Assembly: GCF_036971445.1 (NCBI RefSeq)
Contig: NC_091475.1
Coordinates: 6,882,001-6,946,000, forward strand
Direction: 5' to 3'
Origin: Narcine bancroftii
Lineage: Eukaryota
DNA length: 64,000 nt
Positions 49,581 to 64,000 of the stretch are shown one piece after another. Under the pieces are notes generated by a model that was given only the letters and a program-made list of their open reading frames with translations, was not told the origin of the DNA and searched no databases. Position numbers and translations under genes: made by a program. The stretch's first letter is position 1. Each line of letters starts with the position of its first letter.

Positions 49581-51254
49581 TCTGCATGGTTTTCTACTAC
49601 GTTATACAGACCAGAAGAAAATACTTTTAATTCCCAAGATGTGTAGATTCAGCCAGTCTCAGAAAGTGTGATGCTTCAGTGAGTCTCTGTTTAATGGATT
49701 ACAAAAGGAGTAATAAGAATTTGTAATCAGTAGTTCATGTGAATGGACAAGAATACACCAAAGAGCCCAAGTAGATTGGCATATAAAGAACAGATGCATG
49801 GATGAGGTAGCTGATCATTTCCAACTGACCAGTTTGGTTAAACTTTGCTGTTTGTACACCACTTTTAGAGAGAACTGACACTCATTCGCTGCATTTTATA
49901 CTCAAATACAAATGTTTTTGTTAATTTCATATTTAAATGCAATAAGTTTAATTGTTTTGAAGGGCTAAAACATGCTTTTTACTGGATGCATTAAATAGCG
50001 CTGAATCCCAAAAACTGTCATGTGTATTATCACAATGGTGATTTAATATGTAATATTTCTCCTCTTTTTGGAGAGGATGACTCGAGTTAATATCTCGTAT
50101 GATTCTCATGACTTGTTTCTAACCTATGGACGCATTGTTCTTGTGCAAATTTGAGCAGCGACTGGAGAGAATTGCAGTTGGGAAAAAAAATACGACCCAA
50201 AAGAAGTGCGGCACGTTACCAAGACTCAATAGACTTATGAGGAAAGGTTGCAAAAAAATAGGATTTTCTCCCTTCTCAGTTGTTAGGGATTCTTGAAAGA
50301 AATTGGAAAAAAAAAGAGCCAAACATTCTTGAATAACCTGAAAAGGTTTGCCATTCAAGAGCAACATCAAGAAATATGTCTTGACTTAGGGTCTAGAAAT
50401 AAAGAGGAACAGGGTTTGGGTTTTGAATTTATTACAGTAGAGAAGAAGAACATTCAGCCCCTGGATTTTACAGAGCTAGTAATCCCTTACTTTCATCCTG
50501 TAATCGGTGATCATATCTACTTTGATTCTCCATGTAGCAAGATCTAGGCAATTACCATCCACTGTATAAAAAGTCCTCCCTCGCCACCTATAGCTCAAAA
50601 CTTAAATCTGTATTCCCATTGTCTTTCTGCCATCAAGAGAATGGGACAGATTTTCTCTCTCTACTTTACCCAAGCCTGTCATGATCAAAATGTCTCTGTC
50701 AAATCTCAGTTCAACCTCTTTTGCTCAAAGAAAGAACGTCTGCGTTTACTGACCAAGCTTGTTGCTAAACTACCTTATCCTTGGAACCATTCTGATAATT
50801 CTTTCCTACACTCTCACAAGAACCCTCAGACTTTTCTCAAACAGTAGAAACAAGATGTGTTTGCATTGCTATTGATTGTGACTGAACAGGATCTTAAGAA
50901 AGGTTCAATATAAACACCAATTTTGTCATCATCTTGTCCTATTATCCTTTCCCTATTATTCTCTCAATGCCCTGTCACCTTAAAAAGCTACGCACAGAAG
51001 AGTCAGAGATATATTGCGGAAATAGGCCTCAAACCAACCATCTGCCATTCATTCACACTAATCCTACATTATTCTCCCCACAATTTTATCACATCTGCCT
51101 AGATTCACCACTCATCCACAAATGGGGAAATTTACAGTGATCACTTAATTGACCAATTTCATTGACTTTGGGATAAAACCATAAAATATTACTGCACAGA
51201 AAACAGGCCCTGTATTGGTCCCTTTCCAGTTCAGATGCCAATCATCCCCCTGAT

Positions 51255-51490
51255 CAGTACAGGTCCTACCTTCCCTGGAAGAGAGCCCAATGATCCAGAA
51301 ATCTGAATCCTTCCCTTTTGCACCAGCTCTTTAGCCACATATTAAGATGCATTATCCTTCCATTTGTAACCTCATTAGCATGTGGCATGGGTAATCCTGA
51401 GATTGCAAACCTGAGGTCCTGTACTTCAACTTCACATCTGACTCCCTGGAATTCTCTTTGCAGGTCCTCATCACCCTTCCTGCCCACTTC
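51255..51490 (-). mobile_element. CR1 ORF1 (SGNH esterase-like) fragment
   Basis: RIMHLNMWLKSWCKREGFRFLDHWALFQGR. Confidence 0.7.
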
Positions 51491-52074
51491 AAAATACAAG
51501 ATTCCTTTATTGTCATGTAATTAAACAGGTGTAATGTCTGTGGATTCACCTCCAGCACTTCGGCAACCACACAGACTTCGGCCTAAACCAAAGCTCCAGA
51601 TCCAAACCTCCAACACGGACAGGAACCTTCAGCATTTGAGGACCTTCGGGGGGCCCTTCTTACCCTCAGCACCTTCTCGAATCATGGCTCTGGGAACTGG
51701 TTCCCATAAGCCAGTCTTCTGCAGCCTGTAGTCCCTGCGGGTCTCCTGACCACAATTCACTCGCAGACTGTGGGTCTCCCATCCACTGAGCCCCTTGCTG
51801 GTTCGCTGCCGTGATCATTTTCCTTGTTGTTTCCTCGACTTCTCCTTCTCAATGGGTTGTGTCCTTCCCATTACAGCAGCTGCCATTTTTTAAAATCGAT
51901 GTAAAAAAGGCTTCCATTGAAACCCATGTGGATCTATTTAATTGTGGGATCTTGAACATTCATTGCTCAGCTCAAGACATATGTTCCATCCCTTGCCTTG
52001 TTTCTCTTTGATTAATTAATTTAGCATCACTTTCACTTTCACTTGACCTTTACTGTCTTTTCTAAAATTCCAAC

Positions 52075-52610
52075 AGGATTGGCAAACTTTTAATAACTAA
52101 CAGAAGGCTACTAATAACAGCTATAAGGGGAGTAAAGATGAAGTATGAAGGTAGCTCGTCAATAATATAAAGGAGTATATCAAAAGAATGCTTTTAGATT
52201 TAGAGTACTTTGGATCTGCCTTCACTGGAATACGTCAGCGACGTGGTGGAAATTTGAGAGATTCCGGGGCAGAAGTAATGTAGTCACTATTATTAAGAAG
52301 GTGGTTGAGGAGCTAAGGGTCGGGAGCTAAATAAGTCACCTGGATCGGATGGAATACATCTGAGGATTCTGAAAAAGGTTGCTGAAGAGTTTATTGAGGC
52401 ATTAGTGATGATCTTTCAAGAATTACTGGAGTCAGGTATGGTTCCAGGGGACTAAAAAATTACAAATGTCAATTAACTCTTCAAGGGCAAGAAGCAAAAG
52501 ACAGGAAATTTTAGGTTGGCTTTAGAGTATTATTAAGGATGAAAGTTTGCTGTACTTGGAAGCACAAGCTCAAATAGGCCAAAGTCAGCATTATTTCCTT
52601 CAGGGGAGAT
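52075..52610 (+). mobile_element. degenerate CR1 ORF2 fragment
   Basis: aagtcacctggatcggatggaatacatc (KSPGSDGIH); similar to 20100-20400. Confidence 0.7.
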
Positions 52611-53417
52611 GCCCTAACCACTGTTTCTTGCCCAGGCCCGAGCCGCCATCCTTTGGAGTTCCCGGCGCCCTGACCGCAAACTCTCACCTAGGCTGCCTGC
52701 CCATCGGAACCCCTGACACCCCAACCACGGACTCTCACCTAGGCCTAGTCAACCCTCTAAATTTTACCCTAAAAATTGATCCACAAAATTCAACTATTAC
52801 ACAAGAATGTACAGTATGTGTACTGTTTGATTACTAAAACTAATACAAATTAGCAGTTTAAAAATTACACACACATATAAATATTATTATGTACATCTAC
52901 TTCTTGTTATTTATATAAAAATTTTGTAACAAAATGTGCATGGAAGAGTGAAAACGAGTATGTAATTTTTTTTGTTTTGCAACTCTCAAACATCTGATGT
53001 TTATCTTATGTGTCTCTTGCATTAAGCAAGTTTGGCCACTCCTGACCTAGAGCATCTATATTCCATTTTCCCAGCTTCCCACCTCATCATTTTTACTTCA
53101 GATAATGCTACCTTCAATACCAATGCTTTCAAGATGTCTTCCTTCTTCTCAGTTACTAAATTAAAATGCAAATGTTAACTGTCTCCATAAATGCTGACTG
53201 TCCTCCTGAGTATTTCCAGCATATTTTGTTGCTTAAGTCTGCAGAATAATGATCTGGTTATTTGTCTCGATGTTTTTTTTAAAGTCTGCCATGTGTGCAA
53301 TTTGTCTGTGTTTGCCGAGATTACAACTGCTACTGCATTCCAAAAGCAGTGCTAAATGAATCAAAAAAAAATTGTTTTCTGTGATGCTTTTAAATTTTAA
53401 CTGGTTCTGCTTTTCAG

Positions 53418-53523
53418 ATTTCACTTAATGTAGCGGGGAAAGTAGGTAGCCTGGGATCATGGGATGGATCTCTGGATCTGCCAGAACAAACATTAATTCA
53501 AGAAGATTGCCAAAACCTCATAG
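53418..53523 (+). CDS. TBC1D23: TBC1D23 exon 3 (ISLNVAGKVGSLGSWDGSLDLPEQTLIQEDCQNLI)
   Basis: ttttcag acceptor, TAG|gtaatt donor; matches [24 protein letters not shown]. Confidence 0.95.
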
Positions 53524-55779
53524 GTAATTAAGAAAATCCTATGATGTGCAGAATGTTTGTCTTTGCTCAAACTATTATAATAATTCTTACTGAGCATGGT
53601 TACAGGATGGAGATGGGAAAGTTGAGGTTTGATACTGGATGTCAGCAAAGCTGAAAGGAATTAAAACATTATTGATTGTGTTAATCTTGAGTTTTAAAGC
53701 CACAAGGATAGAGAAGAAAACAAAATATACAACACAAAACTCATTCAGAGCTATTCTTATATATGCAATAGAGTTCTGAATTTCATTTGTACTGTTTCCT
53801 AAATCTTTTTTTTTAATTTTTGGAAAGTTGGAGAAAGACTTTGTTGCCTTTGTTAGATTCCCTTGCCACTGAATTTTCTCTCATTCCCTGACAAGTTTCT
53901 AAAATGAAATCTGATCACTTCACCCAGCTGTATTCATGTGTTATTGAAGCCCTGTGCTTTGTTTTAACAGACTTGGCTATTACAATGGACTCTTCACTGC
54001 CTTGCATCTTTTAAATGTTTATCTGCAAGATTATCCAAAACTTCTGTCAATATTTAACTTTCAGCAGATCCCATTCTTCTGTTTTCCATGCAATTGGTGA
54101 CTGACATTGCTTCATAACAGTCAGTGGCTCAATGTAAAAAATTTTCCTCCTTGTTTTCAAACCTTTTCATGGCATCTAATTATTCACTGTGGTATCTGCT
54201 CTAATTTCATGACCCTCTGAGATATTGGCCCTCAAATTAAGGCCTCTTGATTATTCCTATATTTAATTTCTTCCCCCATTTGTCAATGCCTTCAGATCCC
54301 AAAACCTTGGCCTTGATTTCCTGCTCTAAACTTCTACACTTTTTTAAGATCTGTCAAATAAAAATAAACTAGGTATGCTTAAATTCTGAAATAAAAATGG
54401 TAGATGCTGGAATTACTTAAGACACCATGTTGCATCTATGTAGAGAGAAACAGCTTGTTTTCATATTGACCTTGCACTGTTATATTTAGGTGCTTGCATT
54501 TCCTGTCTTTCAGAATCTTAACTCTTTCATTCACTAAAGGTCCTATTGTCTGGTCATAAATGCTCTATTTCTTGAATAGGAAGTAGAAATTGTTTCAGGA
54601 TGTAAATAACCACAGATGATTTGTAGCTAGCAACATAACCAAAATATGTCATCCAGATTGTCCATTGATGAGATGCATGTGCTTGATGTTCTGTTTGACA
54701 CATTGTACATCTTCTCTGTATCTGTTATGCATGCGACTATACTCGTTGAGAATCCAGTCCCAAATGTATTGAAATTAGCTCAGCACACCGACATTTCAGC
54801 TTGAAAATGATCTGTTCATTTCCATTGGCTCAGTCCACCAACATTTCAGTTTGAAAATGATCTGTTCATTTCCATTCTAAGAATCTTCTCATAATTCTCC
54901 ATTCCCCCAGTTTTGTCTTTCCTTATGATGAAGCTTCAGCCGTCTAGCAGCTGAAAATTTTTTCCTTAACCTCTTGTGTCTTCGAGTTTTCAAGGTTCCT
55001 AAAAAAATGATTCTTTGGCCGATTCTTTATCCTAAGATTTTTATTTCTTGGCTCAGTGTCAATTTCAGTCTGTTTACACTTCTGTAAAGTCCACTTAGGT
55101 GATTTATTGCATTAGGTGTATTTTTAGTGTGTATTAGTTGATGATGATGATGTTTATTGTCCTACACATTATATAATCCACTGAGATTCTTATTTGCTGC
55201 AGCCTAACATGTAAAGAAAATCTATGTTAGTAAACTAATTAAATTAAAAGAAACAATACACACGATAATTTTTACAAATTAAAAATATGACGAGCGCTGT
55301 CAGATTAATGTATCAAAAGGAAGTTGAAGAATCTGATAGCTCTCCATGATGGTTTTCAGGCTTCGGTACCTTCTGCCCAAAGGTAGCAGTGAGAATAAAT
55401 TGTGACCACGTTGGGGGGGGAGGGTGTCCTCTATGATGTTGGCTGTCTCCAAACAATTGAAAGGCTATAATGACAAAGCTAAAAGATCAAGTAATATCAA
55501 TGTTATTAAGCTTTGTGCATTAATTTGCTTTCAGGAGAAAAATGTATCAACATTAAAATCAATGCAGATGTATCTTTCTCCTATACTTTCAGCTTTGAAA
55601 TAACTATTTAATGCCCAATATAATAGTAAAGGGATCTTCATATGGAGCAATTGCCATCCTGTTAGATCCACTGGTTATTAACTCCATTGTTTATTTTAAA
55701 TAGTTTTAAATGTGTTTTTTAAAGAGTAGATACTTTACAAATATTTAAATTTCAGGCAACCCAGCGGAATGATGTCTAA

Positions 55780-56013
<234 letters not shown>

Positions 56014-56876
56014 TAAGGAAATGCAGATGATGACTGAATTAATTTCCATGTATTGTGGCTTAAAGATACGATATCTCCTTTCTCTGAAAGCAATAAACTA
56101 TAGATGCTGGAAATGTGAAATAAAAACAAGATGTTGGAAATACTCAGCAGGTTAGACATCTGTGGAAAGAGAAACAGTGTTGACTTGCAGATGATGCTCT
56201 TCATCAGAACCAAAAAAGTTATGAATCCAAATATTGTTTAGCAGAGAAGAGCAACGGTGGTGAGAACTCAGGCAGTATCTCAAATAAAATGGAGACCAGG
56301 AGGGATAGATAGGAAAAAACTCAAACTAGTCAGGTAGCATCTGTGTGGACAGAAATTGAGTTATGGTTACAAGTTCATTGTTGTTTTGTTTGTGAAAACT
56401 GGCCAGTTCTGATACTAACTGAAAGGCTGGTTATCTGATGTGGAGTCCCGAACTCTGTAACTCGCTTGGTTGGAAAACTGAGGTCATTTCTGTTTTCATG
56501 GATCAATATAAACACAAAATTGGATGTAAAATTAAAGTTACAGGCAACTGGAAGTTCAGTCATCCTTGTAGATTCAAATCAAGATATTCTGCAAAACCAA
56601 TCTGGGTTTGATATCCCCAATATAGAAGGGTCCACATGAAAGGAATGTATTGAAGATGCTAAATTGGAAGAAATGTTAGTGAATTGTTGCTTCACCTGAG
56701 TATTTGGCTCTCTAAATGGTGGGAAGAGAAAAGTTTAAAAAGACAGTTGTTATACTGGAGTTGTGTGGGAAGGAGCTGTGGTGAGGAGAATGGACATTGA
56801 TGGAGATGAAAATGTGAACTAGTGAGTCGTGAAGGGAAATTTCCCTTTAGAATCTGAAACCTCAGGGAAGGATATA

Positions 56877-58366
56877 CAGTGCTCTACATAAAGTTTGGGA
56901 CAAAGACATTTCTTTTCCTTGCCCATGCTCCACATTTGTCATCAAACAATTCACGTGTAATTGAAGTGCACATTCCAGATTTTATTTATGGTTGTTTGTA
57001 GACATTTTGGTTTGACCCTGTAGAAATTGCAGCACTTTTTTACATATTCCCCCCCCCCCCCCCCCCCCCACTTCATTTTCGGGCACCATAGTGTTTTTGA
57101 GCACTCAAGTATGTTTAATTGCCTCATAAGAGAGCTTGGCTTACCTCTAAGCTTTTGACCACCTTTGGAGTCTGTAGTTGCCATTTTTCAACATGAGGAC
57201 CAGAGAAGCCTTTATGAGGCTAGAAACAAAAACCAGTGAGATACATTACCCAAAATGTTGCCACAATTGACAGTTTGGAACATCATTAAGAAGCAAGAGT
57301 GCACTGGTGAGCTCAGTAACCACATAGGGAATGGTATTCCAAGGAAGATCTCCACTGCTGATGAGAGAAGAATTCTCATGATAATGAGGAAAAATCTCCA
57401 AAAGTATGTCTGATAGATCAGAAACTCTCTTCAGGAGGCTGGTGTGGCTACGTCAATGACTACTCTCCACAGAAGACTTCATGAACAGAAATATAGAGGC
57501 TACACTGCAGGATACAAACCACAATAAAAGATGGCCATATTACAGTTTGCCAAGAAGTATTTAAGAGCCTGCAGAATTCTGGGAAAAGGTCCTGTTGGCA
57601 AATGAGACCAAGATTAACCTGCGATTGCAAGAGCAAAGTGAGGAGGCTTAAAGGAACTGAACAAGATCCAAAGCACACCACCTTTGGCATGGGTTGCATC
57701 TTGCAGTGTAGCCTCTATATTTCTGTTCATGAAGTCTTCTGTGGAGAGTAGTCATTGACGTAGGCACACCAGCCTCCTGAAGAGTATTTTTGTTCTGTCG
57801 GACATTCATTTAGAGATTTTTCTTCATTATAATGAGAATTTTCCGTCTTCAGCAATGGAGATCTTCCTTGGAATACCAGACCCTTTGCAATTACTGAGCT
57901 CACCACTATGCTCTTTCTTCTTAATGATGCTCCATATAGTTGATTTTGGTCATCCTAAGGTTCAGGTGATGTCTCTTACTGCGTCCTTCTCGCTTTTCAG
58001 CCTCATAATGTCTTTGACTTTCAATGCCAGAACTCTGGTCCTCATGTTGAGAAAATGGCAACTACAGACTCCATAAATGATCAGAAACTTGTAAGCAAGT
58101 TTAGCTCTCATATACCTGCAGCAATGAACCAATTAAACATACCCGAGTACTCACAAACACTTATAAAGTCCTAGGGCTCTATGTATTTAAAAAGAGCTGT
58201 AATTTCTACATGGTCAAACCAAAATGTATACAAATAACCTTGAATAAAGTTTGGAATATGCACTTTAATTACATATGAATTGTTTGATTACACATGTAAA
58301 ATTGTGGAGCACAGGGGCAAATAAAGGAAAAATGTATCTTTGACCCAAACATGTTGGAGGATACTC
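56877..58366. mobile_element. fold-back Tc1/mariner-derived element (two inverted 5' halves), inserted in a Penelope remnant
   Basis: TA|CAGTG terminus; transposase remnants TVWNIIKK..G.PRK.S..DERRI and FWEKVLLANETKINL; right arm is the reverse complement of the left. Confidence 0.8.
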
Positions 58367-58937
58367 TTATCTGTGATGGTGGCACCGGATTGAAAGTGGT
58401 GAAACATTTTTGGTGGACAGCTGCATTTTGAATGTGGAGGCTGGTGGTGTCACCAAAGGGAACCAGATTATATGGGAGAAGGAGGGATTGGAGCAGAAGT
58501 CGAATGCACAGTTGAAGGTATAATCAACTGCACTTGGAGAACCACGCTTCAGGAAAAAGAAAGTCATCCTGGAAGTGCTAATGTGGAAAGTTTCATCATC
58601 CAAACGGATACAATCAAGCTGGAGAAATTCCAACAGAATTTTTATGCAAAGCAAGGTGGGTGGAGCTGCAGACTGGATAGCTTGTTAACCTTCATCCCGG
58701 ATGAAAAAAGATCATAAGTGGGAAGGACAGATGGAGGATGTGGAAGTGAGAGTATGATGCAATTATCAATGGGCATGATAAAACTTTCAGTTTCTGCACA
58801 AGTGCTGAGGCAGCACCAATACCGTCATCCCTGTCTGAAAATGCTGATCATTTTTGTAGCATCTTACCAATTTCTTTGTTTAGGATTAAAAAGATCCCAC
58901 CTTGTGTACTTTCAGAAATGCCAGCTGGCACGATTAG

Positions 58938-59156
<219 letters not shown>

Positions 59157-59669
59157 TAACACATTTGATATCCGTTTCAGTTATCTCAGTATCGTAATTA
59201 CTGAAATCCATTGAAGGTAGTTCCACAAAAAGCTAGTTTTTGATAGAATTGAAATAATTGACTTTTCTTTCAATCTTACTTCTTGATATCATAGAATCTT
59301 AAAACCATACAGCACATAACAGGCCTTTATGTCCCACTAATTCCATTTGCCTGCATTAGGCCTGTTTTCCTCTTTTCCTTTCCAAGTACCTAGAAAAATA
59401 CCTTTTAACAAATATACAGTAATGACAATTTCATTAAATAAATGTTAATGGTGACTTGAAGTAATTTTATATTTTTGGTGGAGTATTTGTAAAAAGTCTC
59501 TATTTTTATCCTTTTTCGAGCTTCCGTGGCTCGGCTACATTACTTTCACAGACTACTCTAAAACTGGTTAGTTAATATCGCATACAGGTCTTCCCACTGA
59601 CACTCATAACTAAAATAGTGCAATTTACTTCCATAAACGGCATTATCATTATTAGTATAGAGTGATCTT

Positions 59670-61190
59670 TAAAGTTCAAAGTTCACATTTATCGTCAGAG
59701 TTCATGCATGACATCACATACAACCCTGAGATTGATTTTCCCGCGGGCCAGGCAGAACTTCTACTTATCAGAAGACCAAACTGTACTCAAGACAAAGATG
59801 CGTATATAAAAGAAAAAAGTATAAACAAACTGTGAAAAATAAATAAATACTTAGTAATAAATAATGTACAAAGTAAGAGTCCTTAAATGAGTCTCTGATT
59901 GAGTCTATTGTTTGGAAGAGTCTGATGCGGAGGGAATAGCAACTGTTCCTGAACATGGAGGTACAAGTCTTGTGGCACCTATACCTCTTTCCTGAGGCCA
60001 GTAGCAAGAACAGAGCATGTTCTGGGTTGTGTAGATCCTGGATGATTGCTGCTGTTCTCAAACAACAGCGTTCCATGTGGCTTTTCTCGATGGTACCTTT
60101 GCTGTGTATTGGGCTGTGCCCACTCCCTTTTGTAGGGCTTTCTGCTCAGAGTATTGGTGCCCCCATGCTAGGCTGTGATGCAGCCAGTCAACATACTTTC
60201 CATTATACATCTGTATTGTTACACCAAATGTTTGCAAACTCCTGAGAAAATAAAGGCATTGAAATGCTTTCCTCACGACAACATTAGTGTGTTGGGTCCA
60301 GGAAAGATCCTTTGAAGCAGTGACTCCCAGGTATTTAAATTTGCTCTACCTCTTGATTTCCCCAACAATCACTGGATTGTGCACCACTGCTTTTCCTTTC
60401 CTAAAATCTACAATTAGTTCCTTGATTTTTGGTGATATTGAGTGAGTGATTGTTGTTAGTACTCCATTCAGCCAAGTTTTCAATCTCCCTCCTTTATGCC
60501 GACTCGGTGCCCGTTTTTATGCAGTCCACTACTGTGGTATCACCAGCAAATTTGTAAGTGGTTGTTTGTACCAAGCCACACAGTTGTAGGTGGAAAGCAA
60601 GTACAGCGGGGATCTAAGTACGCAATCCTGTGGTGCTCCTGTACTGATGGAGATTGTGGAGATGTTCTTGTCAATCTGCACTGAATAGAGTCTACAGGTT
60701 TGGAAATCCAAATCAAGTTGCACACTGGGGCATTGAGTCCCAGGTCTTAGAGTTTGCTGATGTTTTGAGGGGATGATGATGTTGAATGCATTGTTTTTTA
60801 ATTGAAAAATAATGTCAATAGAGAGCACGTTTATGTATGCATATTTACTGTCCAGTTGTTCTAGATTTTTGTGTAGAGCCAGTGAGATAGTATCTGCTGT
60901 AGACCTGTTGCTGCAGGAGACCAATTGGAATGAATTCATGTCGCCACTCAAGAGCTGATAGGTTTCAACACCAGTCTCTAAAAACACTTCATCATTGTGG
61001 ATATGAGTCCAACTGGTTAGTAGTCATTTCGGCAGTTTAACACACTCTTGGGCACTGGTATGATTGAGGCCAATTTGAAATAGATGGGAACAAAGCCCTG
61101 TCAGAATGAGATATTGATGATGTTCATGAAAACATTGGCTAATTGTTCAGTACAGGTTTTTCAGTACTCAGCCGGATACTCCATCCTTGG
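59670..61190 (-). mobile_element. degenerate Rex1/Babar-type LINE (RT and 3' end)
   Basis: NRSTADTISLALH, ISISTGAPQDCVLRSPLYLLSTYNCVA, HNPEHALFLLLASGKRYR. Confidence 0.85.
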
Positions 61191-61273
61191 AAGGAATATT
61201 GGTTATACCTGATGGTATGGCTTAAAATACTGCATTCATATTTTTACAGAAACTGTCAAATCTGGCTACATTA

Positions 61274-63985
61274 TTTTTAAAATTTTTCACACTATGAACC
61301 ATACTGACCAAAATACACACAAACATTCCCCTCTTGAATATATAGTGTCATTTTCTCCACTTTTCCCCCCTCCCTTCCCTCCCCCCTTCCCACCCCCCTC
61401 CAAACCCATTAAATGTTCAACATATACAATAAACCCATTAAACGATGTCATCACACAATGAAAATAAACAAGAAAATTGTGTCATCTACTTTTACACACT
61501 GGGTCAGTTCATTTCGTCTTCTTCTCATTCTATCATTTTAGGGGGTGGGGTCCGCAGTAGGCCCTCTCTGTTGTGTTCCATATACGGTTCCCAAATTTGT
61601 TGAAATAATGTGACTTTATTTTTTAAATTATATGTTATTTTTTCCAATAGAATACATTTATTCATTTCTATATACCATTGCTGTACTCTCAGGCTTTCTT
61701 CTGATTTCCAAGTTGACATTATACATTATTTTGCTACAGCTAAGGCTATCATAATAAATATTTTTTGCGCTTCATCTAGTTTGAGGCTTAATTCTTCACT
61801 TCTTATATTACTTAGAAGAAAGATCTCTGGATTTTTTGGTATGTTGCTTTTTGTGATTTTATTTAATATCTGATTTAGATCTTCCCAAAACTTTTTCACT
61901 TTCTCACATGCCCAAATTGCATGTACTGTTGTTCCCGTTTCCTTCTTACAGCGAAAACATCTATCTGATACTGTTGGGTCCCATTTATTTAACTTTTGGT
62001 GTGTGATATATAGCCTGTGTAACCAATTATATTGTATCATGTGTAACCTCGTGTTTATTATATTTCTCATAGTTCTGGAGCATAGCTTTTCCCATATTTC
62101 ATTTTTTATCTTTATGTTTAGATCTCGTTCCCACTTTTGTTTGGGTTTATAGCTTATTTCATCATTTTCTTTCTCTTGCAGCTTGATGTACATGTTTGTT
62201 ATAAATCTTAATTATCATTGTGTCTCTAATCATATATTCAAAGCTGCTTCCTTCTGGTAATCTCAGTCTGCTTCTCAGTTTGTCCTTTAAGTAGGTTTTC
62301 AGTTGGTGGTATGCAAACATTGTATCGTGAGTTATTCCATATTTGCACTTCATTTGTTCAAATGATAATAAATTATTTCCCAAAAAATTTTATATTTTTT
62401 TAATCCCTTTTCTCTCCCATTCTCTGAAGGAAAGGTTATCTTTTGTGAAAGGGATTAGTTGATTTTGCGTCAATAATAATTTTGGTAGTTGGTAATTTGT
62501 TTTTTTCCTTTCTACGTGAATCTTCTTCCAAATGTTGAGCAGATGGTGCAGTACTGGTGAACTTCTATGTTGCACCAGTTTTTCATCCCACTTATAAAGT
62601 ATATGTTCAGGTACCTTCTCCCCTATTTTATCTAGCTCTATCTTGGTCCAATCTGGTTTTTCCCTTGTTTGATTAAAAATTGATAGATATTTTAATTGTG
62701 CTGCTCTATAATAATTCTTAAAGTTTGGTAGCTGCAAGCCCCCTTGTTTGTACCATTCTGTTAATTTATCTAGCGCTATCCTCAGTTTCCCCCCTTTCCA
62801 TAAGAATTTCCTTATTATTTTCTTTAGCTCATTGAAGAATTCCTCTGTTAAGGGAATTGATAATGATTGAAATAGGTTATGTATCCTTGGGAAGATATTC
62901 ATTTTAATGCAGTTTACTCTTCCTATCAGTGTTAGTGGTAAATCTTTCCAATGTTCTAAGTCATCTTGTAATTTCTTCATTAATGGCTGATAATTTAATT
63001 TGTATAGATGGCCTAGATTATTATCTAGTCTAATACCTAGGTATCGGATTGCTTGTGTTTGCCATTTAAATGGTGATTCTTTCTTAAACTTTGTGAAATC
63101 CACATTATTCATTGGTATCGCTTCACTTTTATTTGCATTGATCTTGTACCCTGATATTTCTCCATATTCCTTCAATTTCTTATGTAATTCTTTTATTGAT
63201 AATTCTGGTTCTGTTAAGTATACTATGATGTCATCTGCAAATAGACTGATTTTATATTCCTTCTCTTTTATTTTTATCCCTTTTATTTTCTGTTCTTATC
63301 AGTCCTGCCAATGGTTCTATTGCTAAAGCGAACAGTGAGGGAGATAGTGGACATCCCTACCTAGTTGACCTGCTTAATTTAAATTGGTTCGATTATATAT
63401 CCATTTACTGTCACCTTCGTCATTGGACCCTTATATAATGCTTTAATCCAATTAATATATTTCTCTGGTAGGTTGAACCTCTGTAATACTTTGAATAAAT
63501 CCATTCTACCCTCAAGGCTTTCTCTGCATCTAAAGCAACAGCCACTGTTGGCATCTTATTTCCTTGTACTGCATGTATTAAGTTAATGAACTTACAAACA
63601 TTGTCCGTTGTTCGTCTTTCTTAATAAATCCAGTTTGATCTAGTTTTACTATTTTTGGTCCACAGTCGACCAATCTGTTTGCTAATAGTTTAGCTATTAT
63701 CTTATAATCTGTGTTAAGTAGAGATATTGGTCTATACGATGCTGGTGTTAGTGGCATGTTTTGTGTTTCTTCTCTCTGGTTCATTACTTCCAGGAGAGGA
63801 GGAATTAGTAACTCTTTAAATGTTTTATAGAATTCTACTGGGAGTCTGTCCTCCCCAGGCGTTTTATTGTTCAGTAGCTTTTTTAATATGTATTTCCTCT
63901 ATTTCAAATGGTTTTATCAATTTGTTATGCAATTTCTTGCAATTTCAGTAGTTCAATTTTAGCAAGAAACTCATCTATCTTGTCT
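61274..63985 (-). mobile_element. 5'-truncated L1/Tx1-clade LINE (ORF2 RT to 3'UTR)
   Basis: [26 protein letters not shown]...HAIWAC; TSD atctggctacatta 61260-61273/63986-63999; same family as 20752-22965. Confidence 0.95.
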
Positions 63986-64000
63986 ATCTGGCTACATTAA

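Overview
Eukaryotic (vertebrate) genomic DNA, most likely a cartilaginous fish (inferred from V-SINE/HE1-like, CR1, Rex/Babar, L1, RTE and Penelope repeat content), with one assembly gap (8123-8508). Two spliced + strand genes can be built by hand. (1) A complete 6-exon, 264-aa gene (15756-30909) whose product matches the Cut8/Sts1 nuclear proteasome tether/import family, generally described as absent from mammals. This is the main candidate discovery; the family call rests on remembered motifs and needs an HMM check. (2) Coding exons 1-5 of TBC1D23 (35744-59126; the gene continues beyond the window). A third CpG-rich promoter (~8560-9350) probably drives an unidentified - strand transcript. 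Two of the three promoters are abutted by multi-kb minisatellites (51 bp x ~76; 40 bp x ~84). The rest is transposon-rich intronic and intergenic DNA, including an ORF1-only 'half-L1' with target-site duplications (TSDs), a fold-back Tc1 with a homogenised inner arm, Penelope elements with hammerhead-like motifs, solo LTRs and a 5S-derived element. Coordinates were counted by hand; transposon boundaries without TSDs are approximate.
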